DNA of 64,000 nucleotides, taken from assembly GCA_041689775.1 (NCBI GenBank), contig JBDNFP010000193.1:744-64743 (forward strand), in the 5' to 3' direction. The position numbers and the translations under genes were made by a program. Positions 28,038 through 36,802 of the stretch are shown piece by piece. Origin of the DNA: Spirosomataceae bacterium (GTDB taxonomy: Bacteria; Bacteroidota; Bacteroidia; Cytophagales; Spirosomataceae). Below the pieces are notes generated by a model that saw nothing but the letters and a program-made list of their open reading frames with translations, made no database searches and had not been told where the DNA came from. Position 1 is the first letter of the stretch, and every line of letters begins with the position of its first letter.

Positions 28038-29144
28038 TTATTGAAGCCGGATTTTGAATTTCTTGAAGCTAACCGTTAGTAGAAAGACGGTCATAGCGGC
28101 CAGAATCAGCGTCTCTTTCCAGATAGCAGCAAATCCCCGGCCTTTGATCATGATTGATTTGGCGATGATGTAGTACCACTTCGCCGGAATAATGTTAGAC
28201 ACTATCTGCAAAGGCAGGGGCATATTTTCGAGCGGAAACATAAAGCCGGTAAAGAGCATGGTAGGTATAAGCATACCCATGAGGCAGATCAACATGGCGG
28301 TTTGCTGAGAGTCGGTAACGTTGGAGATGAGCAAACCCAGCGATAGCGACGTCAGGATCAGTAGGCCACTCTCGGCAAACAGCAGCACCAAGCTACCATG
28401 AATCGGCATATCGAGTAAGAATACACTTAATACTAGAATAATGGCCAGGTTCAATAGGGACAGCAAAAAGTACGGTACTGCCTTCGAGATAATCACCAGA
28501 AAAGGGTTGAAGGGCGACACCAGCAAAATCTCCATAGTACCCATTTCTTTCTCTCGTACTATCGATACAGAAGTCATGAGTACGCACACCAGCATCAGCA
28601 CGAGGGCCATCACGCCAGGCACAAAGTTGGTAGCCCCTTTTAGTTCGGGATTATACAACATTCGGGTTTCGGGTATGATCTGATAGGGCATAGTCCCGGT
28701 CTGACCTATCTCTTTCTGATAGTCGGCCGCTATATTGGTGATGTAGTTGGTAAGAGTAGTCGCCGTATTAGGGTCGGAGGCATCCGCAATGACCTGTATC
28801 TGTGCTTTATTCTGCCGCATTAGGTCATTCTTAAACTGCCCTGGGAATACCACCACGAGTTTGACGGTACCTTTCCGGAAAGCAGCCTCAATTTCGCGCT
28901 GACTCAGCAGGTTCTTTTCGATCAAGAAGCTGCTGTTAGCCTCAATCTTGGTAATGATCCGTTGCGAAGCTTCGTCTTTGGCGTAGTCGCAGATCACGAT
29001 CTTCGAGTCCTTGATCTCATTGGTAAGTGCAAAACCAAACAAGATAATCTGAGCAATAGGAAGTCCAAAGAGCATCAGCAACGTTTTCCGATCCCGGAAT
29101 ACATGGTAAAACTCTTTTCGGACGAAGGTGAAGAATTGTTTCAT
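28038..29144 (-). CDS. ABC-2 type transporter permease (YbhS/YbhR-like).
   Basis: 368 aa, a paralogue of the adjacent permease. Confidence 0.8.
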   Translation of the reverse strand: MKQFFTFVRKEFYHVFRDRKTLLMLFGLPIAQIILFGFALTNEIKDSKIVICDYAKDEASQRIITKIEANSSFLIEKNLLSQREIEAAFRKGTVKLVVVFPGQFKNDLMRQNKAQIQVIADASDPNTATTLTNYITNIAADYQKEIGQTGTMPYQIIPETRMLYNPELKGATNFVPGVMALVLMLVCVLMTSVSIVREKEMGTMEILLVSPFNPFLVIISKAVPYFLLSLLNLAIILVLSVFLLDMPIHGSLVLLFAESGLLILTSLSLGLLISNVTDSQQTAMLICLMGMLIPTMLFTGFMFPLENMPLPLQIVSNIIPAKWYYIIAKSIMIKGRGFAAIWKETLILAAMTVFLLTVSFKKFKIRLQ

Positions 29145-29176
29145 TGTTGGTTACTAATAAATTGTCAACAAGGTTG

Positions 29177-29285
29177 CCCCGGCGGGGTAATATCTCAGTA
29201 GAAAATAGACGACATTCCAGCGTAGCCCCAGCGGGGTGACACATTACGGACTCAGGTGCTACTGAGGTGACGCCCCGCTGGGGCT
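29177..29285 (-). repeat. Cluster of GC-rich hairpins (REP-like) in the 166-nt spacer between the ATPase and permease genes.
   Basis: The CCCC-N3-GGGG unit occurs three times (29177-29187, 29226-29236, 29273-29283). A 13-bp inverted repeat AGCCCCAGCGGGG/CCCCGCTGGGGCT (29224-29236 / 29273-29285) encloses the hairpin CTCAG-N6-CTGAG (29251-29266). Confidence 0.7.
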
Positions 29286-29310
29286 TTGTACTAATTAGCT
29301 CAAAAAACAC

Positions 29311-30051
29311 CTACTCCCCCCGCACGGCCCCACGGGCCAATTCAAAAAACACCTCGTCCATCGACTGGGCATTGAATTGCTTTTTCAGGTTCGTGGGACT
29401 ATCCAGCGCTTTGATCACTCCATCAACCATCATCGAGATGCGGTTGCAGTACTCAGCCTCATCCATGTAGTGGGTTGTCACGAAAATGGTAATACCCCGG
29501 TTAGAGGCAGCGTAGATCAGATCCCAGAATTGTCGCCTCGTCACGGGATCAACGCCACCAGTGGGCTCGTCCAGAAAAACGATCTTAGGCTCGTGTAGTA
29601 CCGCTACCGAAAAAGCCAGCTTCTGTTTCCAGCCTAATGGCAGCGACCCTACCAGTTTGTTTGCTTCCTTTTGTAGCCCAAGCTGCCCGATCAATTCCTG
29701 ACTTTTCTCCTTGATCTGCTTGTTAGATAACCCATAAATCCCCCCAAAAAAACGGATATTCTCCTGCACCGTGAGGTCTTCGTAGAGCGAGAATTTTTGG
29801 CTCATATAGCCGATATTCCTCTTGATACTTTCGGTTTGCTCGTACACATCAAAGCCCGCAATGGTAGCACTACCCGAAGAAGGCGCCAGCAAACCACACA
29901 GCATCCGCATGGCGGTAGTTTTGCCCGCTCCGTTGGCCCCCAGAAACCCGAATATCTCCCCGGCGTATACCTTGAAGGTGATTTCGTTCGTGGCGATAAA
30001 GTCCCCGAAGCGCTTCGTGAGTTTGTCTGTTTCTATTACTACTTCTTTCAT
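29311..30051 (-). CDS. ABC transporter ATP-binding protein (YbhF half).
   Basis: Walker A GANGAGKTT, signature-like LPLGWKQKL and Walker B VFLDEPT. Confidence 0.85.
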   Translation of the reverse strand: MKEVVIETDKLTKRFGDFIATNEITFKVYAGEIFGFLGANGAGKTTAMRMLCGLLAPSSGSATIAGFDVYEQTESIKRNIGYMSQKFSLYEDLTVQENIRFFGGIYGLSNKQIKEKSQELIGQLGLQKEANKLVGSLPLGWKQKLAFSVAVLHEPKIVFLDEPTGGVDPVTRRQFWDLIYAASNRGITIFVTTHYMDEAEYCNRISMMVDGVIKALDSPTNLKKQFNAQSMDEVFFELARGAVRGE

Positions 30052-30064
30052 TGCATGGGGGATG

Positions 30065-30985
30065 TTAGTTTTGGGCGGTCTTCATCAGGTCAATAAAACA
30101 GTCTTCAATGGTAGGCTTCGTCAATTTTAGTTCGGTAGTAAGATGGCCTTTTCCGTGAAGGTAGGTCAGTAGCTCCTCCCGGATCACTGCGCTATCTTCG
30201 TGGAACGATATATGGTGGTATTCGCCAAATGAATTACAACTTTTAATGGGCTCGTGCATCCGTAAATCATGGAGTAAGGCGCTCATGCTTTCGGCCTTGA
30301 TCGCATAGAGAGGATCGGGATACTTCTCTACAATGGAGGTTGGGGTATCAATCGACATGATTTTCCCTCCCTGAATGAGCGCAATGCGCTCGCAGAGGGT
30401 AGCCTCGTCCATGTAAGGAGTCGATACCAGAATGGTGATGCCTTGCTGTTTGAGACGTTTCAGCATCTCCCAAAACTCCTTGCGCGACACCGTGTCAACC
30501 CCGGTGGTGGGTTCGTCCAGAAACAACACCGTGGGTCGGTGGATCAAGGCGCAGCAAAGCGCCAGTTTTTGTTTCATGCCCCCCGACAGCTTTCCGGCGC
30601 GGCGAGTTTTGAAGGGTTCTATTTGAACGTAAATGTCTTTGATCAGGTCGTAGTTTTCGGCTACGGTAGTACCAAAAACCGTCGCAAAAAAATTGAGGTT
30701 TTCCTCAACCGTCAGGTCCTGATACAACGAAAACCGACCCGGCATATACCCTACCTGACTACGAATGATTTTGTAGTCCTTGACGATGTCCAGGCCATTC
30801 ACGCGGGCGGAGCCGCCATCCGGCAAGAGCAGGGTGGTCAGCAGACGAAAAATACTCGTTTTGCCCGCCCCATCCGGACCGATCAGTCCGAAGAGTTCGC
30901 CTTTTTCCACCGAAAAGGAAACCTTATCTACCGCTACGGTCTGCCCTTTATTGTAGGTTTTTGTAATTTCTTTTAGCTCAACCAT
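30065..30985 (-). CDS. ABC transporter ATP-binding protein (YbhF half).
   Basis: Walker A GPDGAGKTS, signature LSGGMKQKL and Walker B LFLDEPT. Confidence 0.85.
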   Translation of the reverse strand: MVELKEITKTYNKGQTVAVDKVSFSVEKGELFGLIGPDGAGKTSIFRLLTTLLLPDGGSARVNGLDIVKDYKIIRSQVGYMPGRFSLYQDLTVEENLNFFATVFGTTVAENYDLIKDIYVQIEPFKTRRAGKLSGGMKQKLALCCALIHRPTVLFLDEPTTGVDTVSRKEFWEMLKRLKQQGITILVSTPYMDEATLCERIALIQGGKIMSIDTPTSIVEKYPDPLYAIKAESMSALLHDLRMHEPIKSCNSFGEYHHISFHEDSAVIREELLTYLHGKGHLTTELKLTKPTIEDCFIDLMKTAQN

Positions 30986-31029
30986 GACTTAGGTGTTGAT
31001 AAAAAATGTGCTACTAGGGTACTTTACCA

Positions 31030-32067
31030 CTAGTTGCTTTCGGTTGGGGCTGCGCTTTGTCCCGGAGCCGCAAAAAGAATTTCACCGTACATTCCGATCT
31101 TATAAGTACCATCATTCTTTACCTTGATTTTGGTAGCGTATACCTTATTGGCCCGCTCGTCCTTGGTCTGAATAGTCTTGGGGGTAAACTCTGCCTTGTC
31201 GTTGATCCAGGTAATCACACCCTCCGTTTCGGTAAAACCATCCTTTCCGTCATCGGTCAAGACGGTCACTTTCTGGTTAAGCTTCACGAGTGGGAGCTGG
31301 TCGCCGGTGAGGTAGGCCCGCAAAATGATCGTGGAGAGGTCGGCTATTTTATAAAGTGGTTTGCCGGGAGCGGTCATTTCGTTGGCTTCGGCGTATTGCG
31401 TCAATACTGTACCGTTGATCGGGTTCACAATTTTACATTTTGACAATTGATCGTTGATCTGATCAATCTGTGCTTGTACCGGCAACAAATCACTACTCAG
31501 CGACGACGACTGGGTTTGAAGCGCCGAAACCTGCGCCTCCTTCTGCCGCTTGATCACGACAAGTTGTTTTTGAGCTTCTTCGACCTGAGCATTGATGTCG
31601 TCGAGTTGCTTGGGCGTGGCCGCACTAGCCTTTACCAAATTCTGCACCCTCTTTTGCTCATTCAGTAGGGTACTCAGGCGGGTTTGGGCTACGGAAGTCT
31701 GCTCAGCAAAGTAGCCGGTTTGGGCGGCTATGTTGGGTTGGCGGGTTCTTACCGATCCCAATTGCGCCTCCAATTGCTTCTTTTTAAGGTATAGCTGAGT
31801 GCTGTCGATGTAGCCAATTACCTGCCCCGCCTCAATGGCAGTTCCTTCTTCAATATCCAGTTTCAGAATAGTGCCGGTGGCCTCCGCTGATATGATGGTT
31901 TCTACGGCTTCAAAAGAACCCGAAGCATCGAAGCGATCTTCGCCCTTAGTGCAGGAAAACAAAAAGAAGGATACGGCCCATAGGGTACAACCCGTGGCTA
32001 TCGCTCTGGCCGACTTTGATCTTTGCTTACGTACGATCATGGTATAGGTTTGCTTAAAATTGTGCAT
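31030..32067 (-). CDS. HlyD-family periplasmic adaptor (YbhG-like).
   Basis: Lipoprotein-like N-terminus, a coiled-coil hairpin and a beta-barrel C-terminus. An alternative start is at 32040. Confidence 0.8.
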   Translation of the reverse strand: MHNFKQTYTMIVRKQRSKSARAIATGCTLWAVSFFLFSCTKGEDRFDASGSFEAVETIISAEATGTILKLDIEEGTAIEAGQVIGYIDSTQLYLKKKQLEAQLGSVRTRQPNIAAQTGYFAEQTSVAQTRLSTLLNEQKRVQNLVKASAATPKQLDDINAQVEEAQKQLVVIKRQKEAQVSALQTQSSSLSSDLLPVQAQIDQINDQLSKCKIVNPINGTVLTQYAEANEMTAPGKPLYKIADLSTIILRAYLTGDQLPLVKLNQKVTVLTDDGKDGFTETEGVITWINDKAEFTPKTIQTKDERANKVYATKIKVKNDGTYKIGMYGEILFAAPGQSAAPTESN

Positions 32068-32086
32068 TGTGTATCAGTCAGAAGTT

Positions 32087-33384
32087 TTAATTACCGGTAG
32101 TAGTTTTATAGGAATAAAGCGCCATCAGCAACTGAATCTGATGGAGGGATAGATTCTGCCGGGCGGCATCCTCCGCGTTGATATAGGTGAGGTAGTCATT
32201 GGATGTCAGGGTTCCGAATTCCAGCTGGGCACTAGCACTGGTTTTGATTTCTTCCCGAAGCGCGATGATCTGATTGTCAGAGTCAATCAGCGACCGGTAT
32301 TTTTCTACTTCGCTGTTTTGCTGCTGCATTGCTACCCTGGTATTAAACATAAACACCTCTCGTTGAATATCGACGGCATTTTGGCTGATAGCAAGTAGTT
32401 GCCGGTCGTTATCCTCGGTATAAAAGCCCGACAGGTTCCAGTTAAAACGAAGACCACCGAGGTAGTACAAATCAAACTTGTTGCTCAGGGCATTGAGGGC
32501 CGGATTACCATAGCCCCCTTGTAAAAACAGGCTAAGCCGGGGGTTCCTTTTGGCTGACGTCATGTTTTTCTGAATCTCAAAGCTCTTTTTTTGCAAGTCA
32601 AAGAGACTCAGCTCAGGTCGGCTTATTTCCGACGAAAGTACCTGGGCGATGGGTGTTTGTAATTGGGTGTTTTCATCTACCAGCTGACTGATCAGCAGGC
32701 TTAGCATAGCGGCAAACCCCTGCCGGTTGGCTTTCAATTCAATCGTACGCTGATCGGCACGGAGCAACTCGGCCCGCAGAATATCCGCGTTGCTTTTCAA
32801 CGCTACCCCATTGGCGATGGAGGCTTCTACTTTGGTCAGTCCTACCTGAATATCTTTCTTCATCAGCGTGACTTGCTGCTGCTGAGCATCCATCAACAGC
32901 ATACCAAAAAACAGCTGATTAATACGCTCATGCAGTTTATACAACTCGACTTCAAGCTTCTGCTTTTCGGCCACCGTAGTGGCTTCCAGCAACTCTTTCT
33001 GCTGCCTAATTACTTTCCGTCGGTCAGTGACTGATTCACCTCCCCAAAAATCCGATATTGGTCCTTATTGGGCGACGGGATAGTACGGTCGGGGAATGAG
33101 ATAGGCACGGTAGTCACCGCCGACTGCAAGGTAGCCTGCCCACCCATGCTAAACTGTGGGAGATTACCCTTGGAGGCATTTTCAAGCGAGTACTCCTTGG
33201 ACTTTTCAAGCAGCGCCATTTGTTTAATCAAGGGGTAATTGTCCCTGGCCAAGTCGTAGCAGGCTTCAATCGTAAGGGCATCTGCCGTTTGACCCATCGA
33301 ATCGGTATAGACTAGTAGGCTCACCAACAGCAACCAATAGTACCTTCGCCGCAAGGGTACGGGGGGAAGTTTAACGTTGTTCAT
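32087..33384 (-). pseudogene. TolC-family outer-membrane efflux protein, frameshifted into two ORFs (33010-33384 and 32087-32992).
   Basis: The N-terminal ORF carries the signal peptide and the first TolC repeat. The C-terminal ORF continues in another frame. Both frames are open only across about 33010-33057, which contains T5/G4 runs. Confidence 0.7.
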
Positions 33385-33437
33385 CTATTTTAAATAATTG
33401 TATTAAACAATTGATTAACTAATAAGTCAAAAAAATA

Positions 33438-34070
33438 TCAGCCCGTGGCCAACATGCTTTTTACCCACTGCGGTATCAGCTTTTTACGCTGCTGCATGAG
33501 AGCATTGAAGTTTTCCTCTTGCATATCGCCTACGGCCGTCAGCATAGGTTTGGCGATGAAAGGAAAAACCGTCATTCCCAGTATATTCATAATAAAGTGC
33601 AGCGGGTGAACCTGCGCAATCCGCTTTTCCTGCATCGCTTCCTGCATCTGCTGAAAAAAGTATGAGCCCATCAAAAACTCTTTCATTTTCATCTTGGAGA
33701 CCACCTCTTCCGGGTTATTCCGCAATTCACTCAAAATGAATATAGGTATGTTGGGGTGTTCGGTCAGTAAATCAATATAGTTGCTCACAAGATGCTCCAC
33801 CTTGGTTTCAAGGGTCGTATCTTTTTGATTGAAAACATCCGTCATAGACTTCAAAAAGCCCTGCACGGTTTCCATCATGATCAGGCCAAACAGCTTCTCC
33901 TTACTACGGAAGTAATAGTTCAGTAGGGCCAGGTTTATCCCGGCCTCTTCGGCTATATCCCGAGTACGGGTTCCGGCAAACCCCTTTTTATGAAAAATAG
34001 TCCGCGCCGCGTTTTTAATTTTCTCCTCCGTAGATGGATCTGTTTCTACCTTCCCAGTCTTTTCTTTCAT
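33438..34070 (-). CDS. TetR/AcrR-family regulator, the first gene of the efflux operon.
   Basis: HTH FAGTRTRDIAEEAGINLALLNYYF. Confidence 0.85.
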   Translation of the reverse strand: MKEKTGKVETDPSTEEKIKNAARTIFHKKGFAGTRTRDIAEEAGINLALLNYYFRSKEKLFGLIMMETVQGFLKSMTDVFNQKDTTLETKVEHLVSNYIDLLTEHPNIPIFILSELRNNPEEVVSKMKMKEFLMGSYFFQQMQEAMQEKRIAQVHPLHFIMNILGMTVFPFIAKPMLTAVGDMQEENFNALMQQRKKLIPQWVKSMLATG

Positions 34071-34114
34071 GACACTCGTTCGTTAACACTACAAATGTAA
34101 GACAATCTATCTTT

Positions 34115-34155
34115 TTAATCAAATGATTAACATCATTTTTTAATCATTTGATTAA
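34115..34155. promoter_or_regulatory. Two tandem palindromic operator-like sites upstream of the TetR-efflux operon.
   Basis: TTAATCAAATGATTAA (34115-34130) and TTAATCATTTGATTAA (34140-34155). Each is TTAATCA-N2-TGATTAA. Centres are 25 bp apart, 45-85 nt upstream of the ATG at 34070. Confidence 0.6.
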
Positions 34156-34195
34156 AAACAACTCACAACGATTAGCCGATACATTGGCTTATACT

Positions 34196-35041
34196 TTACC
34201 CCTTCACCAGCTCAAAAACTGTAATCTCCGGCCGCACATTAAACCTCACCTGAATCAAATGCCCCAGGGCACGGTTAATGTAGAGTGTACGGCCATCGGC
34301 CAGGTCCACCTGCCCAGCCACGTAGCGGCGGTTTTGCACGGGCAGCATCGGTGGAGGCAGAAAAGGCGGCTTACATTGGCCGCCATGCGTATGCCCCGAC
34401 AAGATCCAGCCCCGGTACCCATTCCAAAGAGGGAGGTCAGCTACGTCGGGATTGTGGCAGAGTACAAGCTGGGGGGCGCTGGCATCTACCTTATCCATCA
34501 CCAACTCGGGTTTGAAGTTAGTTCCCCACAAGTCGTCGAGGCCAATGACATGGAGGCCGTGAAGATCCTGTTGCTGATTTCGCAATATCTGAATCCCTTT
34601 CTGGGTAAGTATGTCAATGACTCGCTTCGCTACCTCCGGTTCCTGCCAGTCCTTACCGTAATCGTGATTACCCAAAACGCCCACTGTACCCAGCGTTCCT
34701 TTTACGACATGATCAAAAACCTCATCGAGTTGGTCAAACTGCTCAGTAGATTCATAGTTGACAAAATCACCGGTATAGACCACTAAATCTGGGTTCAGAA
34801 GCTGGGCTTTCTGGAAGGAATCGATTAGATAGTGTCGGTCAAACATATTGCCTACGTGCACATCACTAATCTGCATGAGTGTCTTACCTACTAGCTGATC
34901 CGACAAGTTTTTGATGGGCATCCTGACCCGGACAAATTCGAGCCAGAAAGGTTCTACTTGCCAAGTGTAGAGGCCGGTCAATACGCCTATTCCGCCCAAA
35001 AAAGCGGTACTTTTGAGGAAATTTCTTCGGGAAATGGACAT
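34196..35041 (-). CDS. Metallophosphoesterase with a Tat signal.
   Basis: SRRNFLKSTAFLGG twin-arginine signal. Motifs ISDVHVG, TGDFV, GNHD and GHTHGG. Confidence 0.85.
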   Translation of the reverse strand: MSISRRNFLKSTAFLGGIGVLTGLYTWQVEPFWLEFVRVRMPIKNLSDQLVGKTLMQISDVHVGNMFDRHYLIDSFQKAQLLNPDLVVYTGDFVNYESTEQFDQLDEVFDHVVKGTLGTVGVLGNHDYGKDWQEPEVAKRVIDILTQKGIQILRNQQQDLHGLHVIGLDDLWGTNFKPELVMDKVDASAPQLVLCHNPDVADLPLWNGYRGWILSGHTHGGQCKPPFLPPPMLPVQNRRYVAGQVDLADGRTLYINRALGHLIQVRFNVRPEITVFELVKG

Positions 35042-35119
35042 ATGGAAAGGTATCTATTTTACATCAAACCAGGTTGCAAGATAGTCATCCGAATTTAAAA
35101 TTTGCCCCTCGTAAACAGT

Positions 35120-35680
35120 TTAGCTATCAATTCGGAAAAGCAACTCCAACCCTTCGGGCCACGCTCCATGTCCGGATAGGGAGTTGATGTGGCCTTGCTC
35201 GCCTACATCGACTAGCTCACTACCCCAGTCATAAGCAAACTGGGTGGCTCGTTCAAATGAGCAATAGGGGTCGTTGGTACTGGCAACGACCGTACTTGGA
35301 AAAGCAAAAGGCACTTTCGAAATAGGACTAAAACCTTCCACGAAGTTGAGGCGACTACATTCTTCGGCGTCAGCCGGAGCTACCAGAAATGCTCCCTTTA
35401 CCATGGGAGAAGTATACCGCGCCGCCCAGTGAGCTACCATAATACAGCCCAAACTATGCGCCACTACTACCACCTCCGTATCTAGTTTACTAATTCGATC
35501 CTGTAACTTTTCCACCCACTCTGTACAATCAGGCAGATCCCAGTTAAGTTGCTCTACCCGTTTAAACCGATGAGGGTAATTCTTTTCCCACAACGTTTGC
35601 CAGTGCTCAGCTCCTGAGCTACCCAGGCCGGGAGTAGTAAGGTATTGGTTTGTTAAATAGTTGGAGGTAGAATCGGTCAT
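35120..35680 (-). CDS. Alpha/beta hydrolase, RBBP9/YdeN family.
   Basis: 186 aa with nucleophile-elbow-like VVVAHSLGC. Confidence 0.65.
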   Translation of the reverse strand: MTDSTSNYLTNQYLTTPGLGSSGAEHWQTLWEKNYPHRFKRVEQLNWDLPDCTEWVEKLQDRISKLDTEVVVVAHSLGCIMVAHWAARYTSPMVKGAFLVAPADAEECSRLNFVEGFSPISKVPFAFPSTVVASTNDPYCSFERATQFAYDWGSELVDVGEQGHINSLSGHGAWPEGLELLFRIDS

Positions 35681-35692
35681 TGCAAAACGTTA

Positions 35693-36430
35693 TTAAATGT
35701 TAGCGCCACGTAATACAAACAGTCTACTCTTTGGGAAAGAAGGTAGGGGTTTACGTTTAAACACGAAATTAAATCCATCCCGAAAAGCGGCCGGGTAGAC
35801 AATAATGCGTATCCGGTAAAACAAGCCCTGCAAATCGTTGATCTCTGCGGACGATTTCAAGTTAAGACGATATCCACTTTGCAGGCCAAATCCAACCCAA
35901 CGGGTGGCTTTCCATTCGGCATAGCCACCGATGTGCACCGGAACAATAGTGAATTTTACTGGTTCCAAGGAAGAAAGCGGCACATCCATTAGTGTGTAGG
36001 GTTGAGTTTTAGCTCTACCCAAGCCTACTTCCACTGGTACCCCCATTTTCCACCTTTTTGAGTTGTGAATAATGTGCCAGTAGCCCACATTGACAAAACT
36101 AACCTCCGACCGTGAGTAAGTAGCCAGTTCAAGTGTCCGGGAATTTAACTTCCCAATATGACTCAATTGCCGGGAGCCCAGTGTACCAAGCCAGTAGTAC
36201 CCTACCGCTACTTCGCGCTGAAACCGCCCCCAGGTATAGCCAATGCTACCTCCCCGAACCGTTAGCAGCTGCCCTTGGACCAACGAATAGCGGGTATCGA
36301 TGTGTAGTTTCCAACGCAATAGTTTTGACATAGCCGTAGCCGTCGAATCATCGCTCGCCATTGCTACACGGGAAGAAACGATCAAAAAAAGTATAATCAA
36401 GAAAGGAGAGGTAGAGAAGCCGACTCTCAT
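35693..36430 (-). CDS. Hypothetical secreted protein, possibly an outer-membrane beta-barrel.
   Basis: Signal peptide, then alternating hydrophobic pattern with aromatic-rich strands. No named family recognised. Confidence 0.5.
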   Translation of the reverse strand: MRVGFSTSPFLIILFLIVSSRVAMASDDSTATAMSKLLRWKLHIDTRYSLVQGQLLTVRGGSIGYTWGRFQREVAVGYYWLGTLGSRQLSHIGKLNSRTLELATYSRSEVSFVNVGYWHIIHNSKRWKMGVPVEVGLGRAKTQPYTLMDVPLSSLEPVKFTIVPVHIGGYAEWKATRWVGFGLQSGYRLNLKSSAEINDLQGLFYRIRIIVYPAAFRDGFNFVFKRKPLPSFPKSRLFVLRGANI

Positions 36431-36802
36431 AGTCTAACGATTGGTTCAAAATGGATTCCGAACCGTAACTTACCTACGGTTCATTCTGATATAATGCGGC
36501 GAATATCCACATTATTAGTCACAGTATATTTAAAAACACCATACCAATAGTACAATCGTTGCTCATACAATTTGGTCCTTTTGCGGACTATTACAAATGA
36601 AGTATCCAGGTATAGTACAAAAAAAACAGTAAACTTGTTATGTATTTTTGATCAATTGGCTGCACCATTGGGCTTGATTTATTCAACAACTACCCTTCCC
36701 CAGCCGTTTAAGAAATAACCAATTTTTTCACCATAGTCCTACCATTTATTAACGAGCTTGCGGTGAGCAACACGAAGGGTGTGAATCCATACGAGAACAG
36801 CT

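Noticed and set aside
29017-29310. 97-aa ORF on the - strand spanning the ATPase-permease spacer.
   Set aside because: It reads straight through the GC-rich hairpin cluster and overlaps the 5' end of the permease gene out of frame, so the sequence is better explained as a structured repeat.
30443-30976. 177-aa ORF on the + strand.
   Set aside because: It is an antisense shadow of the ABC ATPase gene at 30065-30985.
34148-34786. 212-aa ORF on the + strand.
   Set aside because: It is antisense to the well-supported metallophosphoesterase gene (34196-35041, motifs DVH/GDF/GNHD/GHTH). Its composition is R/P/H-rich and shadow-like.
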